Positions 9,793 through 18,513 of a stretch of DNA of 22,262 bases are shown in pieces. The position numbers and the translations under genes were made by a program. The stretch is from a virus (Duplodnaviria; Heunggongvirae; Uroviricota; Caudoviricetes): the IMG/VR virus record IMGVR_UViG_2913147268_000007; one strand, given 5' to 3'. Under the pieces are notes generated by a model. The model searched no databases. It had not been told where the DNA came from and was given only the letters and a program-made list of their open reading frames with translations. How positions within the stretch are numbered: position 1 is the stretch's first letter; every line of letters begins with the position of its first letter.

Positions 9793-10410
9793 CTCGGCAC
9801 AAGCGGGGAGAAAATACCGTTACTCAGTACAGCGAATACCTGGACTAATCGACAAACATTCAGCGGTGGCCTTTCTGGTGAACTATCCGGCAATGCTTCT
9901 ACAGCTGCAAAATTAAAAACTGCCAGGAAAATAAGCAATGTGGCTTTTGATGGTTCCTCCGATATCACATTAAAAGCAAGTCATGTTGGTGCGTTTGCCT
10001 TAGGGAAAACAGGAAGCACCGTTGCGAATGATAAAGCAGTTGGATGGAACTGGAGTAGCGGAGCCTATAACGCAACTATTAGTGGTGCATCAACGTTAAT
10101 TATTCATTTTTATATGGGAGAAGGAAGTTGTCCTGCAGCTCAGTTTCGGATTAATTATAAAAATGGCGGTATTTTTTATCGTTCAGCCCGTGATGGTTAT
10201 GGTTTTGAAGCCGACTGGTCCGAATTTTACACCACCACCAGAAAACCTTCAGCAGGAGATGTTGGTGCACTGCCGTTATCTGGTGGTCAACTGAATGGTG
10301 CACTGGGTATCGGAACATCCAGTGCTCTTGGCGGTAATTCGATTGTATTGGGTGATAATGACACGGGCTTTAAACAAAATGGCGATGGTAATCTGGATGT
10401 TTATGCTAAT
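9778..10410 (+). other. Silent promoterless tail-fibre C-terminal cassette, 3' end lost in N-run
   Basis: The frame opens exactly at the crossover site, with an in-frame TAA at 9772-9774 immediately upstream. It encodes LGLRELGTSGEKIPLLSTANTWTNRQTF..., identical at the start to the expressed fibre cassette at 15261 onward and diverging toward the C-terminus. Confidence 0.7.
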
Positions 10411-10420
10411 NNNNNNNNNN
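10411..10420. other. Assembly gap (10 N)
   Basis: Literal run of n. Confidence 1.
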
Positions 10421-10501
10421 TTAACTGATATCACTAAAAATGCCGCGTACGGCGTCGATATCGGCAGCCTGGTGCTGGAAATCAATAATCCCGCAGCATA
10501 A
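10421..10501 (+). other. 3' end fragment of an unidentified upstream gene
   Basis: Open frame reading ...LTDITKNAAYGVDIGSLVLEINNPAA* from the gap edge. By P2 synteny the gene upstream of R would be a lysis gene, but the sequence is not diagnostic. Confidence 0.3.
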
Positions 10502-10524
10502 GGAAGAGCAGGAGAGCAAAACAG

Positions 10525-10992
10525 ATGCTTAAGACAAACAGTCTGCGAGAGTCCATGCTTCATGGGTGTCGGTGGTGCCAGGCTAATCCCGAGAAATTCA
10601 CCATTTTCGTGGAGAGCGGCAACATTGAAACGACCGGAGAAGCGCCCTCGTTTGTTTACCGCTATCAGATGGTGATGTTTGTCATGGATTACGCCGGAGA
10701 GCTGGACGACCTCACGCTGCCGCTGCTGGCGTGGTTATCCGAAAATCAGCCACAGTTGTTGCTCAATCCGGAGCGTAATCAGGACATCAAATTTTCTGCC
10801 GTTATCAATGACGATGACAGCGCCGATCTCCTGTTTACGCTCCCCCTGCGGGAACGCGTTCGCATCACGCGCAACAGTCAGGGCACACCGCAGGCAGAAC
10901 ACCTGCCGGAGCCAAAACCCCGTCTGCCTTCTTCCGAAGGCGACTGGTCGCATGTATTCCAGGATGTGACGTGGGGTGAAAGCGATGGATAA
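10525..10992 (+). CDS. R: Tail completion protein R-like, 155 aa
   Basis: MLKTNSLRE... and LPLLAWLSENQP parallel P2 gpR (MLKPDSLRR..., VPVLAWLRENQP). Same length as P2 R; RBS aggag upstream. Confidence 0.75.
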   Translation: MLKTNSLRESMLHGCRWCQANPEKFTIFVESGNIETTGEAPSFVYRYQMVMFVMDYAGELDDLTLPLLAWLSENQPQLLLNPERNQDIKFSAVINDDDSADLLFTLPLRERVRITRNSQGTPQAEHLPEPKPRLPSSEGDWSHVFQDVTWGESDG

Positions 10993-11620
10993 GGCATTCA
11001 CCCGCGTGGATGAAACCTTTGAGGCTATCCGCGACAGCCTGAATCAGCAGGCCATCAATAACATCGCCAGAAAGCTGGCACAGGATTTACGTCGCGCCCA
11101 GCAGGCACGTATCCGGTCACAAAAAGCGCCGGACGGGACCGAATGGACACCACGCAGACGCCGCGTAACCCGGATACAGGAGCGCATTCGCTTTATCTGG
11201 AATAACGAAGCACGCACGCTGAAAAACTGGCATCACGACACAGGGAAATACGGGCGAACCATTACCGGGTGGGATGAGGATAAAAACAATATCCGCACGT
11301 TTTACCGGGATGACATCGACCGTTTTCTGGAAATACGCACCCGGCGCATCAACCAGGACAGCACAAAGCGCGTCCCCATGTTCGTAAAACTGCGCACCGC
11401 CCGCTACCTGAAAGCCCGTGCAGATGCCTCCGGTGTGACGGTGGGTTACAGCGGCGTGGCCGCACGTATTGCACGCGTTCATCAGTTCGGTGAGCGCGAT
11501 CAGGTTGCGCCGGGCATTTTCACCGATTACCCGGTACGTGAGCTGTTGGGTATCAGCCAGGCAGATGAGCGCCTGATTTATAACACGGTGCTGGGCCGGA
11601 TTGCGGAGGCTGTACGGTGA
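10985..11620 (+). CDS. S: Tail completion / virion morphogenesis protein S-like
   Basis: Assigned by its position between R and V and its basic, Arg-rich character. The start is ambiguous between GTG 10976 and ATG 10985 and overlaps the R stop. Confidence 0.6.
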   Translation: MDKAFTRVDETFEAIRDSLNQQAINNIARKLAQDLRRAQQARIRSQKAPDGTEWTPRRRRVTRIQERIRFIWNNEARTLKNWHHDTGKYGRTITGWDEDKNNIRTFYRDDIDRFLEIRTRRINQDSTKRVPMFVKLRTARYLKARADASGVTVGYSGVAARIARVHQFGERDQVAPGIFTDYPVRELLGISQADERLIYNTVLGRIAEAVR

Positions 11621-12198
11621 GCGCAGAACTCATGCGACTGCTGAGCAACATCATCCGCACCGGGATCATCTCTGAAGTTGATGAGAAGTCCTGGCGCGTG
11701 CGCGTTCGCAGCGGCGAACTGGAAACAGGCTGGTTGCGCTGGAACACCACGCGCGCGGGAGCCTTCAATGTGTGGCTGCCGCCATCACCAGGCGAACAGG
11801 TGGTAATTGCCTGCATTGGCGGCAACCCGGAAACCGCCATGATAATTGGCAGCCTGTGGAGTGATGCCAGTCCGGCCCCCGGCAAAAGCCTGAAAGAAAT
11901 CGTGGTCAGCGCGCCGGATGGCGCGGTGTTCCGCTACGACGCAGACGCTGGCGCACTGAGCGCCAGCGGCATGAAAACAGCCACCCTGCAGGCATCCGTC
12001 AGCGTGACACTGGATACGCCCGTCGTGGAATGCACAAACCTTCTGAGAACGGCGACGCTTGACGTCACAAAAGAGGGAAAGATGAGCGGCAATATCACGC
12101 ACAGCGGCGGCAATTTCACCTCAAACGGCATTACCGTGCATACGCATAAGCACGGTGGCGTTAAAGGTGGCAGCGATTCGACAGGAGGCCCGCAGTGA
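11617..12198 (+). CDS. V: Baseplate spike protein V, 193 aa
   Basis: IRTGIISEVD near the N-terminus and C-terminal NGITVHTHKHGG..GGSDSTGG match P2 gpV (IRTGII..., NGKVLHTHKHPGDSGGTTG). GTG start overlaps the S stop (GTGA). Confidence 0.88.
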   Translation: MSAELMRLLSNIIRTGIISEVDEKSWRVRVRSGELETGWLRWNTTRAGAFNVWLPPSPGEQVVIACIGGNPETAMIIGSLWSDASPAPGKSLKEIVVSAPDGAVFRYDADAGALSASGMKTATLQASVSVTLDTPVVECTNLLRTATLDVTKEGKMSGNITHSGGNFTSNGITVHTHKHGGVKGGSDSTGGPQ

Positions 12199-12545
12199 CA
12201 ACCCGCTACACAGGAATGAACCCGGACGGGACGGGAAACCTGAACGATATGGAGCACCTGAAACAGTCAGTCAGGGACATCCTGATCACCCCGCTGGCAA
12301 GCCGGGTTATGCGACGGGAATATGGCAGCCTTGTGCCTGATTTGATTGACGAACCCATGAATAACACCACGCGTCTGCAATGCATGAGTGCTGCCGTGAT
12401 TGCGCTGACACGATGGGAACCCCGCATTGCCCTGGACGCCATCGACGTTGTCTGGAAGGCAGGAGGCCGCGCCGGGGTGACGCTGTCGGGCACTGTCATG
12501 CAGACCATGCAGAATGTTGAATTAACCATCACGCTGAGAGAGTAA
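12195..12545 (+). CDS. W: Baseplate protein W (GPW/gp25 family), 116 aa
   Basis: MTTRYTGMN...ITPLASRVMRREYGSL...WEPRI parallels P2 gpW (MTARYLGMN...RTPVGSRVMRRDYGSL...WEPRV). GTG start overlaps the V stop. Confidence 0.88.
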   Translation: MTTRYTGMNPDGTGNLNDMEHLKQSVRDILITPLASRVMRREYGSLVPDLIDEPMNNTTRLQCMSAAVIALTRWEPRIALDAIDVVWKAGGRAGVTLSGTVMQTMQNVELTITLRE

Positions 12546-12548
12546 ATC

Positions 12549-13445
12549 ATGCCTGCTGTTGATCTTTCCCAGTTACCGGAACCCGCCATCATCGCGGAGC
12601 CTGATTTTGAGGCAATTCTGGCTGACACAAAGGCCATGATGATTGCGTCCTATCCTGCCGAACAGCGTGAAGCCGTCTCCGCCGCGCTGGAGCTGGAATC
12701 AGAACCCCTGAACGTTATCGCTCAAACCATGTCGTTTCGTGAAATGCTGTTACGCCAGCGGGTTAACGAGGGCGCACGCGCCTGCATGTTAAGCCACGGT
12801 TCAGGGACAAACCTGGACAACCTCGCGGGCAATATGAACACAAAGCGCCTGGTTATCACTCCGGCAACGGATACCACCGACGCGGTGATGGAGAGCGACA
12901 CCTCGCTGAGACTGCGGGCGCAGCGGGCGTATGACGGCCTGAGTGTTGCTGGCCCGTCAGGTGCATACGAGTATTTTGCACGCAGCGCCAGCGGTCTGGT
13001 GCGTGATGCGCGGGCCATCAGCCCGTCTCCGGCCTGTGTGACGGTTTCCATTCTGTCCACTGAAGGCGACGGCACAGCAACGGAGGCGTTGCTTAATACC
13101 GTTCGCGCCGTTCTGAATGCAGAGGATACCCGCCCGGTGGCCGACCGACTGACCGTACAGAGCGCCAGCATCGTGACATGGCGGCTGAATGCAAAACTGT
13201 ACTTTTACCCCGGCCCGGAATCCGAACCTATTCTGGCTGCGGCTGAATCGTCGTTCAGGAAGTGGCTGGCTGAGCAGGGGCTTATTGGTCAGGACGTGGC
13301 GTTGTCAGCCATTGCTGCCGCACTTCATGTGCACGGCGTGCAACGCGTGGAGATAATCGAACCCACACAGAATATGGCCATCAGCGACATACAGGCGGCG
13401 CGCTGTGAGTCATTCACCATCAGCGAAGGTGGGCGTAATGAGTAA
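12549..13445 (+). CDS. J: Baseplate protein J, 298 aa
   Basis: Size, position after W and sequence character fit P2 gpJ (about 302 aa). Confidence 0.85.
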   Translation: MPAVDLSQLPEPAIIAEPDFEAILADTKAMMIASYPAEQREAVSAALELESEPLNVIAQTMSFREMLLRQRVNEGARACMLSHGSGTNLDNLAGNMNTKRLVITPATDTTDAVMESDTSLRLRAQRAYDGLSVAGPSGAYEYFARSASGLVRDARAISPSPACVTVSILSTEGDGTATEALLNTVRAVLNAEDTRPVADRLTVQSASIVTWRLNAKLYFYPGPESEPILAAAESSFRKWLAEQGLIGQDVALSAIAAALHVHGVQRVEIIEPTQNMAISDIQAARCESFTISEGGRNE

Positions 13446-13968
13446 TTCACTGTTACCGCCATCAGCCAGCAATTTCATGCGTTGCGCCGAAGCTGTCGGA
13501 GCGCGCATTACAGACATCCCGGTAGACCTCAACACGCTGTGGTCACCGGACACCTGCCCGGTGCATCTGCTGCCTTATCTCGCCTGGGCATTTTCCGTTG
13601 ACCGCTGGGATCGCAACTGGCCGGAAGAGACAAAGCGACAGGTGATTCGTGATGCATGGCTGATACACCGACACAAAGGGACCATCAGCGCACTGCGCCG
13701 GGCCATTGAGCCGCTGGGATACCTCATTCGCGTGTCTGAGTGGTGGGAGTTCGGCGGAGAACCGGGAACATTTACCGTTGAAGTCGGCACGCTGGACAGT
13801 GGCGTGACGGAGGAAATGTATCTGGAAATGGAGCGGTTGATTGCTGATGCCCGCCCGGTCAGCCGCCACATGACAGGGCTGAATATCATTCAGGAGATTC
13901 AGGGAGATATTTTCGCGGCGGCAGCAACTTACGACGGCGAAGTCATTACCATTTATCCGGACGATTAA
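13438..13968 (+). CDS. I: Baseplate protein I, about 176 aa
   Basis: ATG at 13438 overlaps the J stop (ATGAGTAA). The length equals P2 gpI and it sits immediately upstream of the tail fibre gene. Confidence 0.85.
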   Translation: MSNSLLPPSASNFMRCAEAVGARITDIPVDLNTLWSPDTCPVHLLPYLAWAFSVDRWDRNWPEETKRQVIRDAWLIHRHKGTISALRRAIEPLGYLIRVSEWWEFGGEPGTFTVEVGTLDSGVTEEMYLEMERLIADARPVSRHMTGLNIIQEIQGDIFAAAATYDGEVITIYPDD

Positions 13969-13970
13969 GC

Positions 13971-15970
13971 ATGAGTACCACAACACGTAAATTTAAAACC
14001 GTTATCACCGATACGGGTGCCAAAAAATTAGCTCAGGCAGCCGCGCCAGATGGTAAGCCTGTCCGCCTGACTCATATGGCCGTGGGCGACGGTGGCGGCA
14101 CGTTGCCCACACCAGACAGTAAGCAGACCCGTCTGGTGCATGAGGTGTGGCGACATACTGTTAATCGCGTCATCCTGGACGCAACACATCAGAACCGCAT
14201 TATTGCGGAGCTGGTTATTCCTCCTGAAACGGGCGGATTCTGGATCCGGGAAATTGGTGTATTTGATGAGCACGGCGATTTAATCGCGGTGGGCAATACT
14301 GCCGAAAGTTACAAGCCAGCCGTTGCCGAAGGGTCCGGTCGTGCACAAACATTTCGCACCATTCTGACCGTATCCAGCACTGCCACCGTGGTGCTTACCG
14401 TGGATAACACCATGGTGATGGCCACAGTGGATTACGTGGATGACAAACTGAAAGAGCATGAACAGTCACGACGTCACCCGGACGCCTCGCTGACCGCAAA
14501 AGGCTTTGTTCAACTCAGTAGCGCCACTAACAGCGTGTCTGAAACGCAGGCTGCAACGCCGAAAGCAGTAAAGGCCGCGTATGACCTTGCTAACGGTAAA
14601 TATACTGCGCAGGATGCCAGCACGACGCGAAAAGGCCTTGTCCAGCTCAGTAGCGCCACCAACAGCACGTCTGAAACGCAGGCTGCAACGCCGAAAGCAG
14701 TAAAGGCCGCGTATGACCTTGCTAACGCAAAATATACCGCTCAGGACGCCACGACGGCACAAAAAGGGATAGTCCAGCTCAGTAGTGCCACCAACAGCAC
14801 GTCTGAAACACTGGCCGCGACATCGAAAGCTGTTAAGGCGGTAATGGATGAAACGAACAAGAAAGCGCCCTTAAATAGTCCTGCACTGACCGGAACGCCA
14901 ACAANNNNNNNNNNNNNNNNNNNNNNNNNNNNNNNNNNNNNNNNNNNNNNNNNNNNNNNNNNNNNNNNNTCGTTATGGCTGCGATTGCCGCCCTTGTAGA
15001 TTCGTCACCTGATGCACTGAACACGCTGAACGAGCTGGCTGCGGCGCTGGGCAACGACCCGAATTTTGCGACCACCATGACTAACGCGCTTGCGGGTAAG
15101 CAACCGAAAGATGCCACCCTGACGGCGCTGGCCGGACTTACTACTGCGGCAGGCAAGTTTCCGTATTTTACGGGGAATGATGTCGCCAGCCTGGCAACCC
15201 TGACAAAAGTCGGGCGGGATATTCTTGCGAAATCGACCGTTGCTGCCGTTATCGAATACCTCGGTTTACGAGAACTCGGCACAAGCGGGGAGAAAATACC
15301 GTTACTCAGTACAGCGAATACCTGGACCAATCGACAAACATTCAGCGGTGGCCTTTCTGGGGAACTGTCCGGCAATGCCGCTACTGCAACAAAGCTGAAA
15401 ACAGCACGAAAAATTGCTGGAGTTGGTTTTGATGGTTCTAGCGATATTTCAATTAGTGCCAAAAATGTCAATGCATTTGCACTCCGACAAACAGGTAATA
15501 CTGTTAATGGTGATACATCCGTTGGATGGAATTGGGATAGTGGTGCATATAACGCCATGATTGGTGGTGCATCTGCATTAATTCTTCACTTTAATATAAA
15601 TGCTGGTAGCTGTCCTGCCGTACAATTCCGTGTGAATTATAAAAATGGTGGCATTTCCTACAGGTCGGCTCGTGATGGTTATGGGTTTGAATTAGGTTGG
15701 TCAGATTTCTATACCACGACACGAAAACCTTCAGCGGGAGATGTTGGTGCATATACGCGGACAGAATGTAACTCAAGGTTTATTACAGGTATTCGCCTTG
15801 GCGGTCTGTCATCTGTTCAGACATGGAATGGTCCCGGCTGGTCTGACAGGTCAGGTTATGTCGTTACGGGTTCAGTTAACGGAAACCGTGATGAATTAAT
15901 TGATACAACACAGGCAAGGCCAATTCAGTATTGCATTAATGGGACGTGGTATAACGCGGGGAGTATTTAA
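13971..15970 (+). CDS. H: Tail fibre protein (gpH-like), interrupted by a 65-N gap at 14905-14969
   Basis: The N-terminal domain, the stretch ...PALTGTPT [gap] ...YVMAAIAALVDSSPDALNTLNELAAALGNDP..., and the EYLGL junction all parallel P2 gpH. The C-terminus ends with the conserved ..INGTWYNAGSI tip motif. The reading frame across the gap cannot be verified. Confidence 0.85.
14499..14870 (+). repeat. Three tandem 132-nt (44-aa) repeats in the tail fibre shaft
   Basis: Repeated unit KG(F/L/I)VQLSSATNS.SET.AAT.KAVKA.... The repeats also create the spurious antisense ORF 14466..14762. Confidence 0.8.
14905..14969. other. Assembly gap (65 N) inside the tail fibre gene
   Basis: Literal run of n. 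Confidence 1.
15250..15275. promoter_or_regulatory. In-frame gix-like crossover site inside the tail fibre gene
   Basis: ttatcgaatacc tc ggtttacgagaa; its right half is identical to the site at 9767-9792. It encodes IEYLGLRE at the constant/variable boundary. Confidence 0.65.
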
Positions 15971-15972
15971 CG

Positions 15973-16506
15973 ATGATGCACTTAAAAAACATTACTGCTG
16001 GCAACCCTAAAACAAAAGAGCAATACCAGCTAACAAAGCAATTTAACATCAAATGGCTTTATTCAGCTGATGGAAAAAACTGGTATGAGGAACAAAAGAA
16101 TTTCCAGCCAGACACTTTGAAAATGGTCTATGACCATAACGGCGTTATTATTTGTATTGAAAAGGATGTTTCAGCAATTAATCCGGAAGGCGCAAGCGTC
16201 GTTGAATTACCTGATATTACAGCAAATCGCCGGGCTGATATTTCGGGGAAATGGATGTTCAAAGATGGCGTAGTGGTAAAGCGAACTTATACCGAGGAAG
16301 AGCAGAGGCAACAAGCGGAAAATGAAAAGCAGAGCCTGTTGCAACTTGTCAGGGATAAAACTCAGCTATGGGACTCACAGCTACGGCTGGGCATCATTTC
16401 CGACGAGAATAAACAAAAATTAACCGAGTGGATGCTCTATGCGCAGAAAGTCGAATCCACAGACACCTCCAGCCTGCCAGTAACATTTCCCGAACAACCT
16501 GAATGA
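15973..16506 (+). CDS. G: Tail fibre assembly chaperone (Tfa, gpG-like / Mu U-like), 177 aa
   Basis: Starts 2 nt after the fibre stop. [14 protein letters not shown]...[20 protein letters not shown]... is the typical Tfa pattern. Confidence 0.9.
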   Translation: MMHLKNITAGNPKTKEQYQLTKQFNIKWLYSADGKNWYEEQKNFQPDTLKMVYDHNGVIICIEKDVSAINPEGASVVELPDITANRRADISGKWMFKDGVVVKRTYTEEEQRQQAENEKQSLLQLVRDKTQLWDSQLRLGIISDENKQKLTEWMLYAQKVESTDTSSLPVTFPEQPE

Positions 16507-16510
16507 GACA

Positions 16511-16539
16511 AGGCCCGATAACGGGCCTTAATTTTTATT
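16511..16539. terminator. Bidirectional hairpin terminator between convergent tfa genes
   Basis: Stem aggcccg / cgggcct with loop ataa, then taatttttatt. Confidence 0.6.
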
Positions 16540-16939
16540 CAGGCTTTTGTGGCCATTCAGGATTTGCCGTATCCACACGGTTGACCAGAACACTGTAGCG
16601 TTCCCATGCTTCCAGTCGTGTGCGTTCCTCGTCTGTTGCCATATTCAGCCTGACAGCGCGTTCCAGCGGCTGGATGACTGATTCAGCTTCGGAAAGCAAT
16701 GCGGCCTTTTGTGATTCGGCCTGTTGTTGCTGTTCGTCAGCCGTATAAATCCGTTTAACCACAGCTCCGTCCTTAAACATCCACTTACCGGAATCATCGG
16801 TCCGACGATTGGCCGTTATATCGGGAACCTCGACGACGCTAAAACCTTCGGGATTAAGCGTGGAGGCATCTCTGGTGATGGCGACAATAATATTATTTTC
16901 ATCGTAAACAATCTTTATGGTGTCTGGCTGAAAGTTTTT
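16535..16939 (-). CDS. Tail fibre assembly chaperone, second type; N-terminus lost in N-run
   Basis: ...[46 protein letters not shown]...PEWPQKPE. Convergent with the tfa at 15973 and of a different C-terminal type. Confidence 0.85.
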   Translation of the reverse strand, partial: KNFQPDTIKIVYDENNIIVAITRDASTLNPEGFSVVEVPDITANRRTDDSGKWMFKDGAVVKRIYTADEQQQQAESQKAALLSEAESVIQPLERAVRLNMATDEERTRLEAWERYSVLVNRVDTANPEWPQKPE

Positions 16940-16949
16940 NNNNNNNNNN
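16940..16949. other. Assembly gap (10 N)
   Basis: Literal run of n. Confidence 1.
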
Positions 16950-17240
16950 TACGTCCATGTTATGCGCTTTGTTCCCGGAAGCATTCAAAGTAATAAGACC
17001 ATAAATATTACGGGGCGTGTTAATCCCTCGGATTACGGTAACTTTGATTCCCGTTATGTGAAAGATGTTCGACTTGGTTCNNNNNNNNNNAACGTCCATG
17101 TTATGCGCTTTGTCTCCGGAAGCATTCAAAGTAATAAAACCATAAATATTACAGGGCGTGTTAACCCCTCGGATTACGGTAACTTTGATTCCCGTTATGT
17201 GAAAGATGTTCGACTTGGTTCACAGCAATATTATGGAGTG
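16950..17240 (+). repeat. Two near-identical 141-bp copies separated only by a 10-N gap
   Basis: 16950-17090 and 17101-17240 differ at about 5 positions and end at the same point, so this is probably an alternate-allele or collapsed-repeat contig. Confidence 0.8.
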
Positions 17241-17405
17241 AACAACTGGCAAACATGGAATTTCCAGTGCCCTTCAGGTCATGTATTGTCTGGTATTAAT
17301 GTTCAGGATACAGGGTCTAACTCTGCCGATAATATAGCGGGCGTTTATTACAGACCCGTTCAAAAGTATATAAATGGCACCTGGTATAATGTAGCGAGCG
17401 TTTAA
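16950..17405 (+). CDS. Tail fibre C-terminal variable cassette, 5' partial; contains a 10-N gap
   Basis: Encodes ...[35 protein letters not shown]...[17 protein letters not shown] with the conserved fibre-tip ending. There is no start, constant region or crossover site on this block. Confidence 0.75.
   Translation, partial: YVHVMRFVPGSIQSNKTINITGRVNPSDYGNFDSRYVKDVRLGXXXXNVHVMRFVSGSIQSNKTINITGRVNPSDYGNFDSRYVKDVRLGSQQYYGVNNWQTWNFQCPSGHVLSGINVQDTGSNSADNIAGVYYRPVQKYINGTWYNVASV
17091..17100. other. Assembly gap (10 N)
   Basis: Literal run of n. Confidence 1.
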
Positions 17406-17406
17406 T

Positions 17407-17940
17407 ATGATGCACTTAAAGAACATAAAAGCGGGTAATGCTAAAACACTGGAACAGTATGAGTTAACAAAGAAACACGGAGTTATCTGGCTTTACTCTG
17501 AGGACGGAAAAAACTGGTATGAGGAAGTGAAAAACTTTCAGCCAGACACCATAAAGATTGTTTACGATGAAAATAATATTATTGTTGCCATAACCAAAGA
17601 TGCCTCCACACTTAACCCTGAAGGTTATAGCGTCGTTGAGATTCCTGATATTACCGCCAACCGGCGTGCTGACGACTCAGGTAAATGGATGTTTAAAGAT
17701 GGCGCAGTCATTAAACGTGTATATACCGAAGAAGAGTTGCGCCTACAGACGGAAAACCAGAAAAAAATATTATTACAGCAGGCCAGAGAAAAAACGCAGT
17801 TCTGGCAAACACAGCTTACTTTGGGGATTATCACTGATTCAGACAGACAGCAACTGATGAACTGGATGCGATACGTGCAACAGGTTGAGACAACTGATAC
17901 CTCGGTTCTTCCTGTAACATTCCCGGAACCACCAGAATAA
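17407..17940 (+). CDS. Tail fibre assembly chaperone, 177 aa
   Basis: [30 protein letters not shown]...; starts 1 nt after the upstream fibre cassette stop. Confidence 0.9.
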   Translation: MMHLKNIKAGNAKTLEQYELTKKHGVIWLYSEDGKNWYEEVKNFQPDTIKIVYDENNIIVAITKDASTLNPEGYSVVEIPDITANRRADDSGKWMFKDGAVIKRVYTEEELRLQTENQKKILLQQAREKTQFWQTQLTLGIITDSDRQQLMNWMRYVQQVETTDTSVLPVTFPEPPE

Positions 17941-17943
17941 GAA

Positions 17944-17970
17944 AAGGCCCGTACGGGCCTTAATTTGTTG
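17944..17970. terminator. Bidirectional hairpin terminator between convergent tfa genes
   Basis: Stem aggcccg / cgggcct with loop tac, then taatttgttgtt. Confidence 0.6.
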
Positions 17971-18498
17971 TTATTCTGGTTTCTGTGGCCATTCAGGCTT
18001 TGCAGTATCCACACGGCTGACCATAACGCTGTAGCGTTCCCATGATTCCAGTCGTGTGCGTTCCTCATCAGTTGCCATATTCAGTCTGACAGCACGTTCC
18101 AGCGGTTGAATCACAGACTCCGCTTCGGAAAGCAAAGCGGCTTTTTGTAACTCTGCCTGCTGTTGCAGTTCCTGTTTTGTATATTCCCGCTTTACTACTT
18201 TACCATCCAGAAACTTCCAGTTTCCCGAGATATCGGCGCGACGGTTGGCTGTTATATTCGGTAACTCAACAACACTTAACCCGTCAGGGTTAAGTGTTGA
18301 TACGTCTTTCTCAATACAACGAATAATCCCCTTCTGGTCATAAGCTATTTTTAAAGTATCATCCTGAAAGTTTTTTAATTCGTCATACCAGTTTTTACCG
18401 TCTTCTGTATATAGCCAGATAACGCCAGCTTTTTTCGTAAGCTGATACTGCTCAATGGTTTTGGGGTTTCCGGCGGTAATATTTTTCAGATGTTGCAT
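17971..18498 (-). CDS. Tail fibre assembly chaperone, 175 aa
   Basis: [23 protein letters not shown]...[11 protein letters not shown] caGGAGaatat is upstream of the ATG (complement of 18496-18498). Cognate to the minus-strand fibre cassette upstream of it. Confidence 0.9.
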   Translation of the reverse strand: MQHLKNITAGNPKTIEQYQLTKKAGVIWLYTEDGKNWYDELKNFQDDTLKIAYDQKGIIRCIEKDVSTLNPDGLSVVELPNITANRRADISGNWKFLDGKVVKREYTKQELQQQAELQKAALLSEAESVIQPLERAVRLNMATDEERTRLESWERYSVMVSRVDTAKPEWPQKPE

Positions 18499-18513
18499 AT
18501 ATTCTCCTGATGG

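Noticed and set aside
14466-14762. 98-aa minus-strand ORF with internally repeated sequence
   Set aside because: It is an artefact of the three tandem 132-nt repeats in the fibre gene read on the opposite strand.
16950-17240. The 141-bp near-duplicate considered as a diversity-generating retroelement template/variable repeat pair acting on the tail fibre
   Set aside because: The mismatches are not adenine-specific (t/c and g/a changes), no reverse transcriptase gene is present in the window, and the copy ends exactly at a gap edge, so an assembly or allelic contig explains it better.
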